The notes beneath the pieces were generated by a model. That model saw nothing but the letters and a program-made list of their open reading frames with translations. It searched no databases and was not told the DNA's origin. Positions 57,092 through 64,000 of a DNA stretch of 64,000 bases are shown here, piece after piece (position 1 is the first letter of the stretch; the number at the start of each line of letters is the position of its first letter). The DNA is from a virus: positions 33,030 through 97,029 of IMG/VR virus record IMGVR_UViG_3300042892_002840, one strand, 5' to 3'. A program made the translations under genes and the position numbers.

Positions 57092-57158
57092 CTAGGTATC
57101 TCCTAAGTAATGCAATATTTTTGCTTACTTAGTAATTATAGCAGAATGTTAGTTTAAA

Positions 57159-57341
57159 CTACTTAGGATTATCTGTTTTATAAAAGCCATTACCCTTAAA
57201 CTGAACTCCAGTCGGAGTGTAGTGTCTTTGCATATCCTTACCACAATCATCGCATGTCTGGTTCGGCTGATAATCTTTTATTGACATAGTGACTGGGACA
57301 ACCTTGTCGTTACATTCACACTTGTATTCGTATACTGGCAT
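57159..57341 (-). CDS. FmdB-family zinc-ribbon protein
   Basis: MPVYEYKC..C...CxxCG..M.R...FKGNGFY.TD. Confidence 0.88.
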   Translation of the reverse strand: MPVYEYKCECNDKVVPVTMSIKDYQPNQTCDDCGKDMQRHYTPTGVQFKGNGFYKTDNPK

Positions 57342-57361
57342 TTTAATCTTTCTGTTATAGT

Positions 57362-57387
57362 GAGCAGTTTAAGGACATGCTCAGGTC
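57362..57387 (-). ncRNA. Candidate H-type pseudoknot RNA element, copy 3
   Basis: Minus strand gac-CTGAGCAT-gtc-cttaaac-TGCTC. Confidence 0.5.
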
Positions 57388-57395
57388 TCATTTTG

Positions 57396-57812
57396 TTACT
57401 TGATCTTTAGAATTTTAGGCTGTTTTTCCTTTGGAATGTTTCTTACTACATTAATGTGTAGCATTCCATCCTTTAGCTCAACATTAGAAACTTCCATATA
57501 TTCACTAAGTTCAAAGATTCTTGTAAACTTACGTGCAGCTATTCCTTTATGGACAACTTCTGCATCTAATATCTCTTTGATTTCACCCGTAATCCATAGA
57601 CTTCCGTCCTCAATAGATACAGTTAGATCATCTTTTGTGAATCCCGCAACTGCCAGTGACAGCTGATAGTTATCTTCATCAAGCTTTAGCAAATCATACG
57701 GCGGAAACGCTGTATTGTTTACCTTACTTAAACTATTAAAACGTTCCAACTCTCGGTTGAAACCAATAAAAAATGGATCCTTGAAAAGATCCATGGCGAA
57801 ATTTGTTACCAT
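57396..57812 (-). CDS. Small heat-shock protein Hsp20 (IbpA-like)
   Basis: FPPYD...LAVAGF...GIAARKF.R.F.L...DGML. Confidence 0.92.
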   Translation of the reverse strand: MVTNFAMDLFKDPFFIGFNRELERFNSLSKVNNTAFPPYDLLKLDEDNYQLSLAVAGFTKDDLTVSIEDGSLWITGEIKEILDAEVVHKGIAARKFTRIFELSEYMEVSNVELKDGMLHINVVRNIPKEKQPKILKIK

Positions 57813-57884
57813 TTTATGCTCCTTTTAAGCGAGTTAAATTAGTACCCCCTAGCGGCAGGTACTACTATATTGTACAATAGAAGT

Positions 57885-58472
57885 ATGGAAAAAGTCAATG
57901 TAGATAAATATGTAATTATGATTAAAGACATAATTGATCAAGACGAAGCAGACTTCTTAATCAATATGGCTAAAGGTGCCTCTGATGAAGAGTGGGATGC
58001 ATACAGGAAAAGCCTTGGTAAAGATGCTGACTATGTAAATGCCGCCTATGGTGACTGGACAAAGCAGATGCTATGGCTTGAGCTAAATCCCAGCCTATTT
58101 GAAAAAGCAAAAGATCTTGTACAGTCTATCAACAGAAGATGCATTCATCTAATAAATGATCATTATCAAACTGATTATATTCTAGATCCACTTTATAACA
58201 TCTACAAGTTTAGAGAAGGAGATTTTATGAAAGAGCACCATGATTCAGGTCTATCTTCAGATATTAAGCTGGGAGTTGTATTATACTTAAACGATGATTT
58301 TGATGGTGGGGAAATATACTATCCAAAAGCTAACTTAGAAATAAAGCCAGTTGCGAGATCCTTAGTGGTTCACCCTGCTGGAATGATATATAGACATGGA
58401 GTTAAAGCAGTAAGTAATGGTGAAAGATTTAGTTTGGCTGGATTTGCAAGAATAAATCATTCCCAATCGTAA
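57885..58472 (+). CDS. 2OG-Fe(II) oxygenase (likely start MEKVNV)
   Basis: HHD, YLNDDFDGGEI, HGV...GER. Confidence 0.88.
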   Translation: MEKVNVDKYVIMIKDIIDQDEADFLINMAKGASDEEWDAYRKSLGKDADYVNAAYGDWTKQMLWLELNPSLFEKAKDLVQSINRRCIHLINDHYQTDYILDPLYNIYKFREGDFMKEHHDSGLSSDIKLGVVLYLNDDFDGGEIYYPKANLEIKPVARSLVVHPAGMIYRHGVKAVSNGERFSLAGFARINHSQS

Positions 58473-59128
58473 TTGTCTGGCATTACAAATGGCCTCTTTA
58501 AATGCTTACCTGTTTCATTTAGCTCTTTAGGTCTATAAATACTGTCTTCGCTATCTTTAAACTGATAAGACAAAACGATTCCCGCCCTTGGACCACTGTA
58601 GTTTACGGCATGCTGTACCCCAGTAGGAATAACTATGACATCTCCAGGCTCCATTTTATAAACTTGAGATGGAGATTCATCGGAGGAGTTTGTTCTTGTC
58701 TCCCAAACTGTAGTACCCTGACACTGCCAGTGTACGTTGACCCAATCATCTGCGTGTGTCGGCACATTAGGCTCTCCAGAAGAAAAGTTTATAAATGAGG
58801 TTCCTCCCCATGCATTTTCTTCATAGACTATGTCAAAAAAGTTTTTAAAGTTAAAAACTTCTGGAAAGAAATTTTTTGCCTTATTGGGTTCGTTGATAAC
58901 ATCACGAGTTTGATAATAGAAGTTATGCTTTCTTAGCACTCCATTAAAAACTGTATACTTTGGATCTGAGTTCATAAGCTTAATCTCTGGACCTTTATTT
59001 AGCTGGTAGTCCATATGATTTAAAAATTGATCCCATGATGGAACTGAGCAAAAAAGACCTTTAAAGAATGCTGGTGTTTTATTTTCAGTAGCATCCTCTA
59101 TGATCTTTTTTGCTTCAGTTAACTTCAT
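58457..59128 (-). CDS. JmjC/cupin-4-like 2OG oxygenase
   Basis: HAD...HWQCQG...W; PGDVIVIP.G..HAV; paralog of 46873-47481. Confidence 0.8.
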   Translation of the reverse strand: MKLTEAKKIIEDATENKTPAFFKGLFCSVPSWDQFLNHMDYQLNKGPEIKLMNSDPKYTVFNGVLRKHNFYYQTRDVINEPNKAKNFFPEVFNFKNFFDIVYEENAWGGTSFINFSSGEPNVPTHADDWVNVHWQCQGTTVWETRTNSSDESPSQVYKMEPGDVIVIPTGVQHAVNYSGPRAGIVLSYQFKDSEDSIYRPKELNETGKHLKRPFVMPDNYDWE

Positions 59129-59530
59129 CTACTTCTTAGCCCTAATCTTAGCCAATGCATTAAAATCTTTAACTTTGGTATCCCCTAGGTATCCCCAAGC
59201 GTATCCCTCGTCTATCATCTTTTGATTGATTGATTTGTCTGAACCATCCAAGAAGACCCAACCTAAGATTCGGCCATATTTTTCTGAGCTATCCATTTTT
59301 TCAGTCTTTATGACAACTGATTTAGCATTATCTATTGCATGCTTAAGATAAGCTTTTGATTCTAGACCCAGAGCTTTTTCCATCTTATCGGAAGTTCTAG
59401 ACTCTGGAGTATCAATTCCAGCAAGTCTTACTCTTGAGCTGAATGATATGTCGAAGCCTAAGTCTATGTCAACATCAATAGTATCTCCGTCAACAACCTT
59501 ACTTACCTTCTTTACATAGTACTCGAACAT
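59129..59530 (-). CDS. Thermonuclease (SNase-like)
   Basis: VVDGDT; RLAGIDTPE; KYGRIL. Confidence 0.92.
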   Translation of the reverse strand: MFEYYVKKVSKVVDGDTIDVDIDLGFDISFSSRVRLAGIDTPESRTSDKMEKALGLESKAYLKHAIDNAKSVVIKTEKMDSSEKYGRILGWVFLDGSDKSINQKMIDEGYAWGYLGDTKVKDFNALAKIRAKK

Positions 59531-60129
59531 TACTTGTCCTTTTTAACCGCTGCCTTTTTAGCTGGAGCAGCTTTTTTTGCCACTGGCTTATCAGCTTTTG
59601 GCTTAACTGCCTGACCAAAAGCTGGTCTTCCAAATCCTACAATGAAAACTGGCTGGCTCTTACGAAGCTTTGACCCATTCTTCTTTTTGTATGCACGATT
59701 CTTAAGGCAAGCTTCTCCGCCATTGCGTTGATCTCCCTTTTTATCCGCTGAAGTATTTCCTTCTGCAACATCGACTGTTCCATCGGCATTAACTGCAACA
59801 ACAATTCCTACATGAGAAATTCTATCGACGCCATCATTTGGAAAATCAAAATAACAAATATCTCCAACAGCTGGTGATGCTGTTTCTACTGGCTGCCATG
59901 TTCCTGCCTTTATAAATGCCTGTGCTCCAGCTGGTGTATATACTGTATTTGGAACCTTTACGCCTGCCTCATTTGCACACCACATAACAAAGCTTCCGCA
60001 CCATGGCTGAAAGTTTGATTTTGTAAACTTACCATACTTTGTTTCGTTATCCTTTGGACCTTCGATGTATCCAATTTCTGCTAATGCTACTTCTACCAAT
60101 CTTGCTGCTGATCCTTGTACTGCTGTCAT
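59530..60129 (-). CDS. CHAP-domain amidase (endolysin-like)
   Basis: PWCGSFV.W; GD...FD; HVGIV; EGNT. Confidence 0.85.
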   Translation of the reverse strand: MTAVQGSAARLVEVALAEIGYIEGPKDNETKYGKFTKSNFQPWCGSFVMWCANEAGVKVPNTVYTPAGAQAFIKAGTWQPVETASPAVGDICYFDFPNDGVDRISHVGIVVAVNADGTVDVAEGNTSADKKGDQRNGGEACLKNRAYKKKNGSKLRKSQPVFIVGFGRPAFGQAVKPKADKPVAKKAAPAKKAAVKKDK

Positions 60130-60140
60130 TTTTTCTCCCT

Positions 60141-60815
60141 TTATCTGTTTAAATTATTTACATGCATTATAGAAAGGCTCTCTACGTTAACATGTTTTGG
60201 AACCATTATTGACCATCTTATGGCCTCTGCTACATCTTCTGCCTCTAAAGAGTTTCCAGCGTCTCTGTCACCTCTGCTGTTAATATTGCCTGGAGCTATC
60301 TCAGTCACTCTTATATTGTGTTGAAACAGCTCAAGTCGTAATATTTTAGCTAGGGCTACTTCTGCATGCTTTGCTACAGTATAACTGCTTCCTCCACGAT
60401 AAACATCTTTGCCTGCCATTGATGTAATAAGAACTACATTTCCTCCACCATTTTCTACCATGATAGGGGCAATAACTTTTGTGACATGTGCTGTTCCCGT
60501 TACATTTAAGTCAAAAGATTTTTTCCAATTTTCAATATCATCATCAAGGATGCTATTTGGAAGATTAAATCCTCCTCCTGCATTATTAATCAAAGCAACA
60601 ATATTTTTGCCAAGCATGGATCTTCCAAAAGATTCAACTTGATCTTTTTTTGTAATGTCAACTTCATAAACCTGAATGTCTTCGCTAGCAATTTTATTTA
60701 GCTCTTCGATATTTCTTGCAATTGCAACAACATTAAAACCACTTGAAGCAAGCAATTGTGCAGTTGCTTTCCCTACTCCAAAGGAGGCGCCTGTGACTAC
60801 TACTGTTTCTTTCAT
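60141..60815 (-). CDS. Short-chain dehydrogenase/reductase (YdfG-like)
   Basis: TGASFGVG; NNAG; S..YTVAK. Confidence 0.92.
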   Translation of the reverse strand: MKETVVVTGASFGVGKATAQLLASSGFNVVAIARNIEELNKIASEDIQVYEVDITKKDQVESFGRSMLGKNIVALINNAGGGFNLPNSILDDDIENWKKSFDLNVTGTAHVTKVIAPIMVENGGGNVVLITSMAGKDVYRGGSSYTVAKHAEVALAKILRLELFQHNIRVTEIAPGNINSRGDRDAGNSLEAEDVAEAIRWSIMVPKHVNVESLSIMHVNNLNR

Positions 60816-60897
60816 TATTCTCTATCCTGTAAAATGATATAGGCTGGATATTTGTCCAACCTTTGCTATTAATCCTAGTATACCATTTTTTATTTTG

Positions 60898-60970
60898 TGT
60901 CCCCAGATGGTCTCGAACCATCGACCCGCAGATTAAAAGTCTGCTGCTCTACCAACTGAGCTATAGGAAC
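60898..60970 (-). tRNA. tRNA-Lys(UUU)
   Basis: GCAGA-CT TTT AA-TCTGC cloverleaf. Confidence 0.92.
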
Positions 60971-61105
60971 AAGTGATTAATGGGTCTACGAGCAGACTAA
61001 CCCATTAATCTAATACGGTGAGGATTTACTATCGCCCGTTGTCCTCCAGTTGTCCCCGTCGGGAGTCAGCCTAACTTGCCTGCCACGCAACCTTCGTATT
61101 AATTC

Positions 61106-61618
61106 TTATGCTGAAAGGATCTTGGATAAAGCATTAATTGTTGCTGCAATTCTTCCGATATCACGCAACTGCTCTACTGAATATCCTTCTTCTTTTAGGG
61201 TTTCATAATGCGCTTTAACGCAAAAATGACATTTGCCTATAATGGATGACGCCAATGAGTAGGCCTCAAACTTTGCCTTTGTTGTCCCGCCGTGGGATGC
61301 AACGGCATTCATTCTAAGCTGTGCTGGTAAGCCCTTTAGGTTAGGGTCATCAGCCATCTCAATAAATGGATACCAAACATTGTTTTGCGCCATGATTGAG
61401 CCTGCTGTCAAGGCTGCATTCTTTTCTACCTCATCTGTTGCGCTTGCAACAATAAAAGTTAAAAGCTTAGCATTACCAGTTGCAAATGCAGCAGCAATAG
61501 AGAGGTATGTAGCATGCTCAGGATCAATAGTTGATCTATTAATAACTGCATCAAGATTTAGCTTGATATCCTTGGCATACTCTGGAAGAGAATCTTTAAG
61601 CTGGTCTACCCATGTCAT
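61106..61618 (-). CDS. ahpD: Alkyl hydroperoxide reductase AhpD
   Basis: LPEYAKDIKLNL; MAQNNVWY; E...AS.I.KCHFCVKAH. Confidence 0.93.
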   Translation of the reverse strand: MTWVDQLKDSLPEYAKDIKLNLDAVINRSTIDPEHATYLSIAAAFATGNAKLLTFIVASATDEVEKNAALTAGSIMAQNNVWYPFIEMADDPNLKGLPAQLRMNAVASHGGTTKAKFEAYSLASSIIGKCHFCVKAHYETLKEEGYSVEQLRDIGRIAATINALSKILSA

Positions 61619-62154
61619 TAAAGAGTTTCTCCACCCAAAGATCTATTACATGCACATAGTTCACCTGTTTGGAGTGCATCAAGTACACGTAGTGTTTCAT
61701 CTGGATTTCTGCCTACATCTAGATTATTTACTGTTACATGCTGAATAATGTTATCTGGATCAACAATAAATGTTGCACGATATGTAACACCAGATGAGTG
61801 GTGCACACCTAGGTCGCTAGCAAGCTGGTGACCTGTATCAGCAAATGACCATGAGTTGGTCTTCTTCAAATCTTCATGTGCATTTCGCCATGCAATCTTA
61901 CAGAACTCATTATCTACTGAGCCTACCATAAGCACGGCATCACGATCATTGAAATCATTTACTAATGCATCATAAGCAACGATTTCTGTTGGACATACAA
62001 ATGTAAAGTCCTTTGGGTAAAACGCAATAATTTTCCATTTGCCTGGAAAAGAATCTTGATTAATTAGTTCAAAAGAGGAATCGTCATAAGACAACGCCCC
62101 AGGCTTAACTCCAGTAACGGCAAAGCTACCGAGTTTATCTCCTACTGTTTTCAT
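61618..62154 (-). CDS. ahpC: Peroxiredoxin AhpC
   Basis: FYPKDFTFVCPTEI; GRNPDE.LR.LDALQ..ELCACN (actinobacterial type). Confidence 0.95.
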   Translation of the reverse strand: MKTVGDKLGSFAVTGVKPGALSYDDSSFELINQDSFPGKWKIIAFYPKDFTFVCPTEIVAYDALVNDFNDRDAVLMVGSVDNEFCKIAWRNAHEDLKKTNSWSFADTGHQLASDLGVHHSSGVTYRATFIVDPDNIIQHVTVNNLDVGRNPDETLRVLDALQTGELCACNRSLGGETL

Positions 62155-62187
62155 TTTTTCTCCTTATATATAAGTGGGAAAATCCCG

Positions 62188-62261
62188 TGCTTCATGTAAG
62201 ACTCGAACTTACAACATCATGATCCTAAATCATGCGCCTCTACCAATTGGACTAATGAAGC
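62188..62261 (-). tRNA. tRNA-Leu(UAG) with a short variable loop
   Basis: GCTTCAT/ATGAAGC; CATGA-TT TAG GA-TCATG. Confidence 0.8.
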
Positions 62262-62265
62262 CTTG

Positions 62266-62336
62266 CTCTTCCACCTGGATTCGAACCAAGATTACCTGTG
62301 CCAGAAACAGGAGTCCTGCCGTTGGACGAAGGAAGA
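62266..62336 (-). tRNA. tRNA-Gln(CUG)
   Basis: CCTGT-TT CTG GC-ACAGG. Confidence 0.88.
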
Positions 62337-62475
62337 ATATGTCGGGTCAGTTTATAGATTCCACACTGTAAGGCCTTTAACCGCATGCCCCGACGACATG
62401 GTGCAGTAGACTCCTAGTTGCCCCTGCATCTTGCCGTAAACAGTAACCAACGACTGCGATAGCAAGAGTTTCCCG

Positions 62476-62546
62476 CAGAGTCTCTAGGAGTCGAACCTAG
62501 GCTTACCGCTTTGGAGACGGTAGTGCTTCCGTAACACTTAGACCCT
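62476..62546 (-). tRNA. tRNA-Trp(CCA)
   Basis: ACCGT-CT CCA AA-GCGGT. Confidence 0.88.
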
Positions 62547-62716
62547 AAATGCCAGCCACGGCTTTGGTTCTTAACCTAAACCACCTGCTGGCTGTTATAC
62601 CTAGTCACGACCACAGAGCAATCTCCATCAGCCTGAACGCCTTCGTATGATGCAGGTGACAGCGTAAGGTTCAGTATAACCATCTTTGCATAGATTGTTC
62701 AGATCTATACTCCGAG

Positions 62717-62788
62717 CACCCCTGGCTGGAATCGAACCAGCGACCAACAGATTAGAAGTCTGTTGCTCTTCCGCTGAGCTACAGAGGT
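62717..62788 (-). tRNA. tRNA-Arg(UCU)
   Basis: ACAGA-CT TCT AA-TCTGT. Confidence 0.92.
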
Positions 62789-62822
62789 ATTAGGTAATTA
62801 TAGTATTAAAATTCAAATATGT

Positions 62823-63728
62823 CTATACTATTTTTAATAAATCTAAATAATGTGCGTGTGCATGTGACCCCATATGCTCTTGAGGATCATCGCCTACATT
62901 AAAAAATCTTGGGTCTAAGCTTTTGATTTCTTGATGACAGTTTAAATAATCAATAGCATTGTCTGCCACGCTACACACATAGTTATCAAAGCCATAATCG
63001 TACCTTTTAAAATGAGAGTTTAATTCATTATGCCACGTAGCCCATTTAAAATCTATACCTGCCGCATTACAGTATGCTTCCATGTGCTTGATTGCAATTA
63101 GGTTAGACCTGAAAGACATTGCTGTAGGCATAATTTTTTCTACAGCTACTGGCATCTTTTCAAACTTAAGCATTGATCTGTCTGGATCGGATACCGTATT
63201 TATAAAATCTCCTACATTGCCTCTTGAGTTTTGAATAAAAACATTTTCATTAGAAGCTTTTATAAACTTAAATCTCAAGAAATCTGGTACTAAAAACCTA
63301 ATATATTTTGGATGACCAAACAAATCAAAATACTTAAATGCATCTTCCACCATAGCTATAGTGCTGTTACCAGGATATGCTAGATTGGCGTATGACATAT
63401 TATTTTTGCTTGCTAGCATGCTTGGCCAAGAGAGGTGCTCTGGGACTCCTATACCGAATGTCTGTGAGCACCCAGAAACCAGTAGGTCAGCTTTATCAGT
63501 CTCTGGGCCACGATATCCCAAAGAGTTAACAGCATAGTCAACATTAAATTTGCTCTTATAAGTAAATTTCTTTTGTCTAACTCCCAAAGAAAGCTCTTCG
63601 ACCATGCTTTGCTTTCTATGCTGATCATTAATTAAATTGTCATAAAGAAAGCTTTCTCCGTTGTCACCAGTAACAACTCCAAAAAAATCAAGAGGGTGCT
63701 CTGACTTGTTCCACACTAGTCTTTTCAT
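62823..63728 (-). CDS. SGNH/GDSL-like hypothetical protein
   Basis: NSLGYRG; GCSQTFG; NLA.PG; D..H. Confidence 0.7.
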   Translation of the reverse strand: MKRLVWNKSEHPLDFFGVVTGDNGESFLYDNLINDQHRKQSMVEELSLGVRQKKFTYKSKFNVDYAVNSLGYRGPETDKADLLVSGCSQTFGIGVPEHLSWPSMLASKNNMSYANLAYPGNSTIAMVEDAFKYFDLFGHPKYIRFLVPDFLRFKFIKASNENVFIQNSRGNVGDFINTVSDPDRSMLKFEKMPVAVEKIMPTAMSFRSNLIAIKHMEAYCNAAGIDFKWATWHNELNSHFKRYDYGFDNYVCSVADNAIDYLNCHQEIKSLDPRFFNVGDDPQEHMGSHAHAHYLDLLKIV

Positions 63729-63741
63729 ATCTGCTCCATTG

Positions 63742-63815
63742 TGCGACAGCTCGGACTTGAACCGAGGATTACCGAATTATGAGTTCGGGGCTTTAACCAA
63801 CTAAGCTACTGTCGC
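63742..63815 (-). tRNA. tRNA with CAU anticodon (elongator Met or Ile2)
   Basis: GCGACAG/CTGTCGC; CCGAA-CT CAT AA-TTCGG. Confidence 0.88.
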
Positions 63816-64000
63816 CTAGTTAGTATTATATCTATATCAATCGGAAACGTCAATAGATAAATCATTAGCAAGATAATTAACGATTGGCTCGTAATACTCT
63901 TGCTTCATGTGATCATTAAGCAAAATGTTTATTGGCTTCTTAGGCTGTTTATATGGCTCTATCATATCGTCACCTAGTATCTCTCTAGTATTGATTGGCT

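Noticed and set aside
62592-62680. Hammerhead ribozyme
   Set aside because: The minus strand has CTGATG but lacks the full CUGAnGA and GAAA core.
1-64000. Stop-codon reassignment
   Set aside because: Recognisable genes are full length in the standard code and no suppressor tRNA was seen.

Overview
This window is part of a large, AT-rich tailed dsDNA phage genome. The host is almost certainly an actinobacterium (WhiB, Lsr2-like domain, AhpC/AhpD, leaderless genes); a freshwater low-GC lineage is plausible but inferred. Layout: (1) 1-21.7 kb, minus strand: a tandem cluster of prolyl-4-hydroxylase-like 2OG-Fe(II) oxygenases and DUF6065-like genes, a GT60/Gnt1-like GlcNAc transferase, two proteins with FF(S/A)PPG repeats plus a C-terminal Hint domain, and tail/fibre genes. 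(2) 21.8-29 kb: class II ribonucleotide reductase, a lysozyme-like protein, more oxygenases and tRNA-Ile(UAU). (3) 29.2-41.9 kb, plus strand: a putative early region of small ORFs with highly repetitive regulatory elements. (4) 42-64 kb, mostly minus strand: accessory genes and a tRNA cluster; ten tRNA genes in the window overall. Two candidate undescribed systems stand out. (A) The early region has 16 exact TGTCAG-N10-TAnnnT promoters, matching the actinobacterial PafBC/RecA-NDp DNA-damage promoter. Many have a helically phased CRP site upstream, and a 9-copy fixed-spacing element punctuates the region. (B) A possible phage-encoded hydroxyproline-glycoprotein pathway: prolyl hydroxylases, a hydroxyproline GlcNAc-transferase and self-cleaving Pro-rich substrates. 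All family calls come from motif recognition by eye; no database searches were run.
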